Below, one piece after another: positions 1-8,688 of a stretch of DNA of 64,000 bases; within the stretch, counting starts at the first letter, position 1, and each line of letters starts with the position of its first letter. Below the pieces are notes generated by a model that did no database searches, was not told the DNA's origin, and saw only the letters and a list, made by a program, of their open reading frames with translations. The DNA comes from Spirochaetia bacterium (GTDB taxonomy: Bacteria > Spirochaetota > Spirochaetia > DSM-16054 > Sediminispirochaetaceae), in the NCBI GenBank assembly GCA_034520965.1, contig JAXHMY010000008.1, positions 128,001 to 192,000 on the forward strand, given 5' to 3'. The translations under genes were made by a program, and so were the position numbers.

Positions 1-354
1 GACCAATCAGGAAGAGGGTGAACCGGGAACAGTGGTATCTCAAAGTCCGAATCCGGAGAGTGAGGTACCAACCGAGACCCTGCGGCAGTTGATGATAAAG
101 GCTCCGGAGGAAGTAGAAGAGGACTACCGGTTTGGAATTATTGAGCGGGAGTTGCCCGAGTACCCGGTACATGTACCGGTGCAGGTCGAACTTATTCGAA
201 CCAGCGGGGAGAAAGGACAACTCTTATCTCCTTTAATCACAAGGGCGGTCTGTTGACTATTCCTTATCTGGAAGAAGTAGGCTCCACACTAGTCATTCAA
301 ATCGATGGTGAGGAAGTCGTACGGCATAGGGTCCAAGAGCAGCCCTTGAATTAG
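1..354 (+). CDS. 3' end of probable PASTA-domain protein (partial; apparent 1-nt frameshift near 206-215)
   Basis: Frame reads ..EEGEPGTVVSQSPNPESEV.. (PASTA-like VxxQxPxP). After a shift at GGGGAGAAAGG a second frame continues RTTLISFNHKGGLLTIPY...EQPLN* to TAG 352-354. Confidence 0.55.
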
Positions 355-380
355 GCGCCGGCCTCCAGGGCGACGCCTAA
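351..380 (+). terminator. Inverted repeat/hairpin after the PASTA gene
   Basis: TTAGGCG...CGCCTAA inverted repeat overlapping the stop codon; no clear U-tract. Confidence 0.4.
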
Positions 381-382
381 TG

Positions 383-411
383 TTGACATATAAAAAGTAA
401 TCTACTACTCT
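383..411 (+). promoter_or_regulatory. sigma70-type promoter for tRNA-Gly
   Basis: TTGACA-N17-TACTCT about 20 nt upstream of the tRNA. Confidence 0.7.
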
Positions 412-430
412 CTGAGTAGATATTTCCGAT

Positions 431-501
431 GCGAGTGTGGTGAAATGGTATCACGAAAGCTTCCCAAGCTTTAATTGGGGGTTCAATTCCCCTCACTCGC
501 T
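431..501 (+). tRNA. tRNA-Gly (CCC)
   Basis: Acceptor stem GCGAGTG/CACTCGC, anticodon arm AAAGC-TTCCCAA-GCTTT, T arm GGGG-GTTCAATT-CCCC; CCA not encoded. Confidence 0.95.
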
Positions 502-518
502 GTTCCGTCACAAACTGT

Positions 519-1412
519 CTAAGGCACCCACTCCTGCACGGCCTCGGGGTTGTTCTGTACCCACTCCTTGGCCACTTCGTAGGCCTCTTTGTCGCTGTCG
601 TTCATCATTCCCATTACCGTTCCCAGCTGCTGGTCGGTCAGCATAAAGTTCTCCAGAAACTTAGTGACATCTGGAAAATCTTCACGGAAATCGGTATGGC
701 CCACCGCCCAGGTGTTTTCCACCTCGCCGTAGATCTTTTTCGGGTCTTCGAGAAACTTCAGGTCCCAGCGGGCGAACTTCCAGTGGGGCTTCCAGCCGGT
801 TACCACCACCCACTTATTCTCTTCAATCGCCCCCTTCAAAGTAGCGGTCATGACCGGGCCGCTGGAGGCCTTCAGGTCAAAGTCGAGCCCGTACTCTTCA
901 ATAGCCGTGTTGGTGGTTTTCATTATGCCGGCGCCGGTGTCGATTCCGATAATGTCCCCGTCGAACTTCTCTTTGTTGGCGTTCAGCTCGGCGATCGAAT
1001 CGATATCCACATATTCGGGCACCACTAAACCGATGCGCGCGCCCTGGAAGGTCTGGCTGATTTTTTCCAGATCCTCACCGTACTCCTCCATGTAGGTCTT
1101 GTGGGTCACCGGCAGCCAGGCATCCACATACAGATCGTAATCCTTCTGTGCGATGGACGAGAAAATAACGGCGATATCGGCATAGGTAGTTTCGACCGTA
1201 TAGCCGAGCTCCTCTTCCAGAATAACTCGGACAATGTTGCTCATGGCAATACTGTCGGTCCAATTTACAATACCGATTCGGATCTTCTTCTCTTGTTCGG
1301 CAGCCTCTTCGCCGCCCTTGGCATCTCCGCCGCATGCGCTCAGCAGCAGGGTTGCCGCAACAATTACTATTAGAATGCTCCACAGTTTTTTACTTCTTCC
1401 TTCAGTTTTCAA
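519..1412 (-). CDS. Glycine betaine/proline ABC transporter substrate-binding lipoprotein (OpuAC/ProX family)
   Basis: Lipobox LSAC; motifs DAWLPVTH, GIDTGAGIM, TGWKPHWKF and LEDPK typical of OpuAC. Confidence 0.9.
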   Translation of the reverse strand: MKTEGRSKKLWSILIVIVAATLLLSACGGDAKGGEEAAEQEKKIRIGIVNWTDSIAMSNIVRVILEEELGYTVETTYADIAVIFSSIAQKDYDLYVDAWLPVTHKTYMEEYGEDLEKISQTFQGARIGLVVPEYVDIDSIAELNANKEKFDGDIIGIDTGAGIMKTTNTAIEEYGLDFDLKASSGPVMTATLKGAIEENKWVVVTGWKPHWKFARWDLKFLEDPKKIYGEVENTWAVGHTDFREDFPDVTKFLENFMLTDQQLGTVMGMMNDSDKEAYEVAKEWVQNNPEAVQEWVP

Positions 1413-1460
1413 AACTAACTCCTTCTTCTATACACGTAAATTTTTAATGTGTATAACTTA

Positions 1461-1489
1461 AGGGTATTAAAAGCAGCCTCGAAGGTCAA
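1461..1489 (-). promoter_or_regulatory. Putative sigma70 promoter for the betaine-binding protein gene
   Basis: Minus strand TTGACC-N17-TACCCT, followed by a palindrome and an AAGGAG RBS. Confidence 0.45.
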
Positions 1490-1625
1490 ATTTGCCGGCA
1501 ACATCCGCTCTGCCTTGCAGGGCTTCGCAAAAAGCCTTACCATGACTGATGGGGATAAAATTTATGGTAGATGCTCTTCCAGGAGAGAGCGGGCCCGCGG
1601 GCCGGGAGAGGTACGCCCTGAGGGC

Positions 1626-1835
1626 TTACTTGTCCCGTTCGGTCTTGGTGGAAATATTCAGCATCCGGTACAGCGGGCAGACCCCCGCCACAGCGGTAAA
1701 CACCAGCACCACCGCGGCAATTCCCAGCAGCAGGGCTATGATGGGGTGGATATTAACGGTAATGTTGAGGGCTACAATAGCCACCACCGCCAGAATGCGC
1801 ATCACCTTATCAGTTTTTCCCATATTTTCCTTCAT
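1626..1835 (-). CDS. DUF2892 (YgaP-like) small membrane protein
   Basis: MKENMGKTDKVMR start and GVCPLYRMLNIST end, with two hydrophobic segments. Confidence 0.85.
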   Translation of the reverse strand: MKENMGKTDKVMRILAVVAIVALNITVNIHPIIALLLGIAAVVLVFTAVAGVCPLYRMLNISTKTERDK

Positions 1836-1845
1836 TTTTCACTCC

Positions 1846-2649
1846 TTACAGGGGACGCAATTTTTCAGGCTCGGCGGCTGCGATCATCCCCCGGGCCAGG
1901 GCCAGCACCGGATCGATCAGTGGCACACCCCCAAAATCTAAACCGGGTAGGGCCAGGGGAATCTCGGTGCAGCCAAGGATCAGGGCTTCCGCACCGGCAT
2001 CAATTAGCTGCTGTGCGTAGCCTTCGATACGCTGCCGCGCTTCCGGACCAGCCGGGCTGAGGGCTTTCAGGCCCCACTCTTTATGATAAATAGCCTCGTG
2101 CAGGCCCTCCTGCTGCTCTTCAGGAATCTGCAGCACCCGGTAGCCGCTGCCCTCCAGCAATCGGTTCCATACCCCGCTGCGGCGGGTACCGGTGGTAGAC
2201 ATCAGACCGATAGCCTGAGCCCCCGGCCGACGCTGTGTGATCAACTCAAGGCTCTCCTTGAGCATGTGCACCAGCTGCAGGTTAGGTCCGATTTTAGCGA
2301 GCTCCCGGGAAAACTGTTCATAGATGGCCGGGGCGTGAAAGGTATTGCAGGGAACCCCCACGATGGCCGGGGCGCGTAGCCGTCCCGCGGAGTTCAGTAG
2401 ACCGCAGAGTCCCAGCTTCACTACAGAGGCCATCTGGATGCCCGGGTTCTCCCGGTTCGCCTCCAGCAGATAGGCGGTGCGGTCGCCGATGGCATGGGCT
2501 GCGGAGAGGTGGATGACATCCAGATGCTCCTGGTCGCCGCCGGCGAGGGTCTGCTGGATAATTGTGCGGTGCAGTTCGACTCCGGCCATCGGGCCGAGCC
2601 CCCCGCCGAGGATCAGAGTCGGCCGGTCTTGTGGATCATAGCTGTGCAT
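1846..2649 (-). CDS. Aspartate/glutamate racemase family protein
   Basis: GGLGPMAG, and both catalytic Cys motifs PCNTFH and LGCTEIP. Confidence 0.9.
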   Translation of the reverse strand: MHSYDPQDRPTLILGGGLGPMAGVELHRTIIQQTLAGGDQEHLDVIHLSAAHAIGDRTAYLLEANRENPGIQMASVVKLGLCGLLNSAGRLRAPAIVGVPCNTFHAPAIYEQFSRELAKIGPNLQLVHMLKESLELITQRRPGAQAIGLMSTTGTRRSGVWNRLLEGSGYRVLQIPEEQQEGLHEAIYHKEWGLKALSPAGPEARQRIEGYAQQLIDAGAEALILGCTEIPLALPGLDFGGVPLIDPVLALARGMIAAAEPEKLRPL

Positions 2650-2701
2650 GGTGTATTGCTCCCACGGTATTGATAGGTTACAGTATAGCAGGAGTTACAC
2701 A

Positions 2702-3082
2702 ATGGATAAACAGAGCGTTATACAACGATTGAAAGAATTGAATATCTACCACCTGTTCAGCTACCGGCCTGAGGTAAAGGTGGTGCCGGCGGTGATGCCG
2801 GAGGGCGAGACGATCGAGGCTGCCACGGCGGGGATCAGCAACGGCAAGCGCTGGATGCTGGTATTTGGGAAAAGTCATGTCTATTTTATTCATGTGCATC
2901 CGATCAATGGTACCCACAGCCGGAAGGTAGCCTATAGCGATTTGACTGGATACGAACTTCGCAAGGGCTTGATTTTTGGAAAAATCAATCTGGAACTGGG
3001 CAAAGAAAGCATGAAAGTTGACAACGTCCACCGCCGGACCATCGGGCTGATACAGGCTGTGCTGGATAAATATGCCGGTTGA
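2702..3082 (+). CDS. Small protein, probable bacterial PH-domain (bPH_3/YokE-like)
   Basis: GGAG RBS before ATG 2702; pattern E-x-I-x-A...RWMLV...KGLIFGKI resembles bPH_3. Confidence 0.6.
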   Translation: MDKQSVIQRLKELNIYHLFSYRPEVKVVPAVMPEGETIEAATAGISNGKRWMLVFGKSHVYFIHVHPINGTHSRKVAYSDLTGYELRKGLIFGKINLELGKESMKVDNVHRRTIGLIQAVLDKYAG

Positions 3083-3231
3083 GCTGGGGTACGACCGCTT
3101 CGGCAATCCGAGGCGAAAAAAGTGAATATATGCCGGGCACTGGCTTCATGTGGAAAGGCAGGAGGAATTTGTGAACGCGGTTATGGAAGGACTTGACATA
3201 TAGATAGCATTAGCGCAATATTATAGCTAAT

Positions 3232-3567
3232 AGCAACGACGGAGACGAGTAAGAGGGTTCTACTGTCCACAGAGAGGGCGGCCGATCCGCAGAGGCGGGG
3301 GCTGGAAGTCGCTCGGCAGCACCATCTGAAAACCACTCCAGAGCTGCCTGCGGAAAATTGCCGAGCCGGGCCCCAGCCCGGAAGCACGTGGCGATGAGTA
3401 AGTGAGGCCGTATTCCGGCGTAAACGGGTAAACGAGAGTCGCGGCCGGCGACTGTAAGAAGTGAATGAAAAAAGCCGGGCGTGGAAGTAAGGTGGAACCG
3501 CGGAAAACCTTCATGTTTTTCGTCCTTGCACTTAGGTGTGGAGGACGTAGAACGTGAAGGTTTTTTT
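3232..3567 (+). ncRNA. T-box riboswitch (Thr, specifier ACC) with intrinsic terminator
   Basis: AGTA/GAA loop-E, AGAGA 3271-3275, GCTGGAA 3301-3307, specifier ACC 3332-3334, T-box AAGGTGGAACCGCG 3489-3502, terminator hairpin plus T7 at 3504-3567. Directly upstream of thrS; TTGACA at 3193. Confidence 0.9.
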
Positions 3568-3582
3568 ATTAAGGATTAAGTT

Positions 3583-5331
3583 ATGTCACAAGATGAACAA
3601 TGCCATAAGATACGCCACTCGATGGCCCATGTCATGGCCGAGGCGGTGATTGAAAAATTTCCCGGGACCAAGGTGGCCATCGGTCCGTCGATTGAGGACG
3701 GGTTTTACTACGATTTCGACCTGCCTCGGCAGCTGAACGAGGAAGACCTGGAGGCGATTAGCGAGCGGATGCAGGAGATTATTGAAGAGGGCCACGAGTT
3801 TCAGCGCAGCGTGGTCAAACGCGAAGAGGCCTATGAGCTTTTTAAAAAGCAGGATCAGGACTACAAGCTGGAGCTGCTGGAGGCGATTCCGGAAGGGGAA
3901 GAGGTGTCCCTGTACAATCAGGGCGGCTTTGTCGACCTGTGCCGTGGACCCCACGTGGATGATACCGGCCAGCTGAATCCCCAGTCCTTTAAGTTGCTGA
4001 ATATTGCCGGCGCCTACTGGCGGGGGGATGAGAATAACCGTATGCTCACCCGTATTTACGGCACCGCCTGGAAGAATCCCAAAGAGCTGCGTCAGTATCT
4101 GCAGCGCCTGGAGGAGATGCGCAAGCGCGACCACCGCAAGGTCGGCCGCGAGCTGGACCTGTTCTCCACCCACGAAGAGGCCGGCCCCGGGCTTATTTAC
4201 TGGCACCCTAAGGGAGCTCGCATCCGCTTGGCAATCGAGGATTATTGGCGGGCGGAGCATCTTAAAAACGGCTACGAGATGCTGTACACCCCCCACGTGG
4301 GCAAGTCCTGGCTGTGGGAGACCTCGGGACACCTCGGTTTTTACAACGAGAATATGTACAGCCCCATGCAGGTGGACGAGAACGACTACTACATCAAGCC
4401 GATGAACTGTCCCTTTCATATAATGATTTACAATACCAATTTGCACTCCTACCGCGACCTTCCCCTGCGCTGGGCCGAGCTTGGAACGGTGTATCGCTAC
4501 GAGCGTTCGGGGGTACTCCACGGACTGCTGCGGGTGCGCGGCTTTACCCAGGACGATGCCCACATTATCTGTACCCCCGACCAGGTGGAGGATGAGATTT
4601 TGGAGGTGCTGAGCTTTTCGTTAGCTATGTGGAAGGCCTTCGGCTTCTCGGATATTAAAGCCTACCTGGCCACCCGTCCCAGTGAGGACAAGAGCGTTGG
4701 TGATGACTCGGCTTGGGAGCAGGCCTCGGATTCACTGAAAAAAGCCATCGAGGCCGAGGGGCTGGACTACGAGGTAGACGAGGGCGGCGGCGCCTTCTAC
4801 GGGCCGAAGATCGATCTGAAGATCAAAGACGCCCTGGGCCGGGAGTGGCAAATGACCACCGTGCAGTTCGACTTTAACCTGCCCGAGCGCTTTGACATGA
4901 CCTTTGTGGACCACGACGGCAAGGAAAAGCGCCCTTACATGGTGCACCGTGCCCTGCTTGGTTCTATTGAACGCTTTTTCGGGGTGCTGGTCGAGCACTA
5001 CGGCGGCGCCTTTCCGATATGGCTGGCTCCGGTGCAGGCCAGGGTAATTCCGGTGGCCGACCCCTTTAACGAGTATGCCCAGGAGGTCAAGAAGAAGCTT
5101 ATGGCTGCCGGCCTGCGGGTAGAGGCGGATGTGAGCGATAACCGGATGAACGCCAAAATCCGCAACGCCCAGAACGAAAAAATACCCTATATGCTGATCG
5201 TCGGCGAGAAGGAGAAGGACGACGAAAGCGTGTCCCTCCGCCGTCGCACCGGCAAACAGCAGGATGTGATGACCGTGGAAGAGTTTATCGGCTTTGCAAA
5301 CCGAAAAATAGCCAATAAAGAAGAAATTTAG
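3583..5331 (+). CDS. thrS: Threonine--tRNA ligase (short form lacking the N-terminal TGS domain)
   Basis: IRHSMAH, DLCRGPH, KPMNCP, RGFTQDDAH, AFYGPKID and HRALLGS motifs. Confidence 0.98.
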   Translation: MSQDEQCHKIRHSMAHVMAEAVIEKFPGTKVAIGPSIEDGFYYDFDLPRQLNEEDLEAISERMQEIIEEGHEFQRSVVKREEAYELFKKQDQDYKLELLEAIPEGEEVSLYNQGGFVDLCRGPHVDDTGQLNPQSFKLLNIAGAYWRGDENNRMLTRIYGTAWKNPKELRQYLQRLEEMRKRDHRKVGRELDLFSTHEEAGPGLIYWHPKGARIRLAIEDYWRAEHLKNGYEMLYTPHVGKSWLWETSGHLGFYNENMYSPMQVDENDYYIKPMNCPFHIMIYNTNLHSYRDLPLRWAELGTVYRYERSGVLHGLLRVRGFTQDDAHIICTPDQVEDEILEVLSFSLAMWKAFGFSDIKAYLATRPSEDKSVGDDSAWEQASDSLKKAIEAEGLDYEVDEGGGAFYGPKIDLKIKDALGREWQMTTVQFDFNLPERFDMTFVDHDGKEKRPYMVHRALLGSIERFFGVLVEHYGGAFPIWLAPVQARVIPVADPFNEYAQEVKKKLMAAGLRVEADVSDNRMNAKIRNAQNEKIPYMLIVGEKEKDDESVSLRRRTGKQQDVMTVEEFIGFANRKIANKEEI

Positions 5332-5341
5332 GGGAGCGCTC

Positions 5342-6877
5342 ATGAGCAAGGCCTTCAAGAAGTTACAACAGATAGATAAAGAGATAATTCTTTTAGAACA
5401 TACCTCCGCTCTGCTGCAGTGGGATCAGGAAACCGGCATGCCGGCGATGGCGATTGAGGAGCGTTCCGACCAAATTGCACTGATGCAGGGATTGGCCCAC
5501 GACCGGATGACCAGCCCGGAGGTAGGCGAGCTGCTCGGACAGGCCCGCAATGAGGCCCACGAAGAGGAGGCTGAGGGAGCGGCTCTGCCGCCGGAGGTTG
5601 ACCCCCGGTTTTTCAGCCGTGCCTTTTTGCGTCTCTTCGGCCGTCACTATGAACGGGAGGTAAAAATCCCGCGCCGTCTGGTCACCGACTTAGCCCAAAC
5701 TACCAGCCGGGCCCAGGCGGCCTGGATCGATGCCCGCAGGGCGGACGATTTTTCACTGTTTCAGCCCCATCTTGAAAAGATTGTGGCTCTTACCCTGGAG
5801 AAAGCCGAGGCCCTGGGCTATCCGGAACAGCCCTACGACGCCCTGTTAGACGAGTTTGAGCCGGGAATGCGCACCTCCCAGGTGGAGGAGGTCTTCGCCG
5901 ATCTAAAAACCGAGCTCACACCGCTGGCAAAGCGGATTACCGAGGCCCAGAGGGTCGATGACAGCTTTCGCAGCCGGGGGTATCCGGCCGCCGGGCAGCG
6001 GGAGTTTAGCTTGAATCTTCTGCGGGAGATGGGCTACGATTTTGATCGCGGCCGGCTGGACGAGAGTGCCCACCCCTTTACCACTTCCCTGGGGGACAAC
6101 GATGTGCGGGTAACCACCCGCTTTCACGAGGACGATCTGTTCTCGGCGATTTTCGGTACTATCCACGAAGGCGGCCACGGACTCTACGAACTTGGAATAG
6201 ACCCCGCCTACCACGGCAGCAGCCTGGGAGAGGGAACCAGTCTGGGTATCCATGAGTCCCAGTCCCGGACCTGGGAAAACCTAATTGGGCGCAGTCTGCC
6301 CTTCTGGCAGCACCACTTTCCCAACCTGAAGCGCATTTTCCCTGACCAGCTTGGGGATATCGATGCGGAAACTTTTGGGCGGGCGGTCAACCGGGTGCAG
6401 CCGAGTCTCATCCGCATTGAGGCGGATGAAGTAACCTACAGTCTGCATGTAATTTTACGCTTTGAATTGGAGCTGGCCCTGGTAAATGGGAAGCTGGAGG
6501 TAAAAGACCTGCCCGAAGCCTGGAACGACCTGATGGAGCAGCTGCTTGGAATCCGTCCGCCTTCGGATGCCGATGGAGTACTCCAGGATGTACACTGGTC
6601 GATGGGTGCCATAGGCTATTTTCCAACCTATGCTCTGGGAAATCTTTTTGGAGCTCAGTTTTTCAACCGCCTGCAGCAGGACATTCCTGATGTTGATAGG
6701 AGAATCGGCGGTGGAGACCTGCTGAGTATTCGTAGATGGCAGCAGGAACACATACACCGGCACGGTGCGGTATATACAGCACCGGAATTGGTTCGCAGGG
6801 TAACCGGGGAATCATTGAACCCGCGGTATTTTATAGACTATCTTGAACGTAAGTTTTCAAGGCTCAATGTCCTGTAA
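5342..6877 (+). CDS. Carboxypeptidase, M32 (Taq) family
   Basis: HPF, HEGGH (HEXXH), HESQ, IRIEADE, QDVHW and GYFPTYALG motifs. Confidence 0.95.
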   Translation: MSKAFKKLQQIDKEIILLEHTSALLQWDQETGMPAMAIEERSDQIALMQGLAHDRMTSPEVGELLGQARNEAHEEEAEGAALPPEVDPRFFSRAFLRLFGRHYEREVKIPRRLVTDLAQTTSRAQAAWIDARRADDFSLFQPHLEKIVALTLEKAEALGYPEQPYDALLDEFEPGMRTSQVEEVFADLKTELTPLAKRITEAQRVDDSFRSRGYPAAGQREFSLNLLREMGYDFDRGRLDESAHPFTTSLGDNDVRVTTRFHEDDLFSAIFGTIHEGGHGLYELGIDPAYHGSSLGEGTSLGIHESQSRTWENLIGRSLPFWQHHFPNLKRIFPDQLGDIDAETFGRAVNRVQPSLIRIEADEVTYSLHVILRFELELALVNGKLEVKDLPEAWNDLMEQLLGIRPPSDADGVLQDVHWSMGAIGYFPTYALGNLFGAQFFNRLQQDIPDVDRRIGGGDLLSIRRWQQEHIHRHGAVYTAPELVRRVTGESLNPRYFIDYLERKFSRLNVL

Positions 6878-7646
6878 TGCGGTTGATGTGCAAAATCTGT
6901 TCTTCTGGCTGGTCTTGTCCGCCGGAGGAATAGGGGGCACGATTGGTGCCTTGCTTAAGGCGGTGAAGACCTCCCGTAAGTCCCCGGGCAACAAATTGCT
7001 GGTAAAAATAAGTTTGTATTTGTCCGCATCCCTGGCAGCGGTAATCGGCGCAATTGTGTTCTTAGATTTCTCTCAGGTGGAGTGGAACCGGTTTTTGCTC
7101 ACCTTCTTTCTCTGTGCTGTCGCTGGGTGGACCGTTTTTTACATCGGCTTCCGCTGGCTGGTGGTTCCTGTAGTGCTGGTGGCGGTGCTCTATATTGTAG
7201 TGGTGTCCGGGCTGGTTCGACAATGGGGCTGCTGTCTTGCCTCTGAGCAGCTTATGCAGGTAAAGGTGATTGCTCAGCAGGAACAAGCGGGGCAGAGTTG
7301 GACAGAGCTGGAAATTTACACAGCCGATGGCCGGCGAAGTGAGTTTACGCAAATCCAGGGCAAGGGGCTTGCAGTTACTCTGAGGCTTATGGAGCTTCAG
7401 CCCTGGATGTTTTACCCGAGTTGCGAATTCCTTTTTCAAGTGGAAAAAATGGAAGGTCTGACAGAGCAAGATACAGACCAGACGGATATCTCTTTGGGGG
7501 AAGAGGTCGGGGCAGTGGCCGCCCTGCTTACGGTGGGCGCTGCAGAACTGCGAGAAATTACGGTAGTCCAGCGTGAATTAGACGTATTGGGCACTTACGA
7601 ACTTGTGGTTGAGGAAGGCGGCTTGGTTTTTGAGCACTCCAAATAA
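6843..7646 (+). CDS. Hypothetical membrane protein (about 4 N-terminal TM segments; start uncertain)
   Basis: Long ORF overlapping the M32 gene end, with a hydrophobic N-half and soluble C-half. Confidence 0.6.
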   Translation: MNVSFQGSMSCNAVDVQNLFFWLVLSAGGIGGTIGALLKAVKTSRKSPGNKLLVKISLYLSASLAAVIGAIVFLDFSQVEWNRFLLTFFLCAVAGWTVFYIGFRWLVVPVVLVAVLYIVVVSGLVRQWGCCLASEQLMQVKVIAQQEQAGQSWTELEIYTADGRRSEFTQIQGKGLAVTLRLMELQPWMFYPSCEFLFQVEKMEGLTEQDTDQTDISLGEEVGAVAALLTVGAAELREITVVQRELDVLGTYELVVEEGGLVFEHSK

Positions 7647-7741
7647 GAAGCCCAGCCGATCGCTGTGAGTAGCCGATCGAACGTGAGTCTCCCGCTCCAG
7701 TTTTAGCGGATGTCTGCCGATAGGTGCAGTAGGATGAAGAT

Positions 7742-8050
7742 ATGATTATTCTTTTGCGTAAAACTACCCCTAAGGGGACCCACTACTATTACACTCTGCA
7801 TGACCGGCAGGCGGGGCTGTTCGAACACTATACCCTTACTACCATGTGGGGTTCCTCTCCCGATGGAGGGCGGCAAAAAGCTTACAGTTTTTCAAGTGCC
7901 CGGGAGCTTGACGTAAAACTGCGGCAGCTCATGAGCCGACGGCTGCGCTCCGGGTATAAAGTGCTTTACAGCTACTCCCGCGATGAAAATTACCGTGCTG
8001 TACTGCAGGAATATTTGGATATAAAACCTCAGCATAGATCAGCAAATTGA
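7742..8050 (+). CDS. Stand-alone WGR-domain protein
   Basis: YYYTL..Q..LF..YTLTTMWGS..GGRQK..F...RRLRSGY matches the WGR pattern. Confidence 0.7.
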   Translation: MIILLRKTTPKGTHYYYTLHDRQAGLFEHYTLTTMWGSSPDGGRQKAYSFSSARELDVKLRQLMSRRLRSGYKVLYSYSRDENYRAVLQEYLDIKPQHRSAN

Positions 8051-8109
8051 ATTCTTGAAATTATCTGCTTTGAATTGACAGGGGGGGATAAAACCCGTAC
8101 AGTTTTTTT

Positions 8110-8685
8110 ATGAATTTACCTAATACCTTAACCGTTATTCGAATCATATTGGCACCGGTTTTCTTTGTAGCTTTTTTCTTTCCTGAATGGACAGGTGCCG
8201 GACACATAGCCTCGCTCATTGTGCTGGTAATCGTGTTTGTGGTGATGGAAGTGTCCGATTTTCTTGACGGATATTTTGCCAGTAAATATAAGATGGTAAC
8301 TGATATAGGAAAAGTAATTGATCCCTTTGGGGATGTGATGAGCAGAATGACCTATTTTTTCTGTTTTACCCTTATAGGTCTCATGCCGGCCTGGATTTTT
8401 CTGATTCTGTTGTATCGAGAGCTTGGAATTACCTTCCTGCGTATGTTGATGATTCGTCGCGGAATTGCTATGGCTGCCTCGGTATGGGGTAAAGCAAAGG
8501 CTGTAACCTATGCCGCCGGCGGGGTACTCGGCTTGTTATATACAATAAGTATACGGTTTGATCCAAGCCTTGGGTTTCTTCCTTCTTTGAAAGCTTTTAC
8601 CCTCGCTGTGTTTATTCTCGGGGCGATCTCTTCAGTCCTCTCTTTTCTCACCTATATTCGTACAGCCGCTTCCGATCTGAGGTAA
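8110..8685 (+). CDS. pgsA: CDP-diacylglycerol--glycerol-3-phosphate 3-phosphatidyltransferase
   Basis: MNLPNTLT start; DFLDGYFAS...GKVIDPFGD CDP-alcohol phosphotransferase motif; GKAK. Confidence 0.88.
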   Translation: MNLPNTLTVIRIILAPVFFVAFFFPEWTGAGHIASLIVLVIVFVVMEVSDFLDGYFASKYKMVTDIGKVIDPFGDVMSRMTYFFCFTLIGLMPAWIFLILLYRELGITFLRMLMIRRGIAMAASVWGKAKAVTYAAGGVLGLLYTISIRFDPSLGFLPSLKAFTLAVFILGAISSVLSFLTYIRTAASDLR

Positions 8686-8688
8686 ACC

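Noticed and set aside
1449..2060. 203-aa + strand ORF
   Set aside because: It overlaps DUF2892 and the racemase on the opposite strand, and has no RBS or recognisable domain.
3083..3150. Riboswitch or ncRNA downstream of the PH-domain gene
   Set aside because: Only one clear hairpin (CGCTTCGG-CAAT-CCGAGGCG) is present, with no recognisable motif or U-tract.
3586..5358. Long antisense ORFs (325 aa and 208 aa) opposite thrS
   Set aside because: These are in-register antisense shadows, expected in GC3-rich genes, with no protein-like motifs.
7808..7822. QAGLF as a beta-clamp binding motif in the WGR protein
   Set aside because: An xxLF turn at this position is part of the usual stand-alone WGR pattern.
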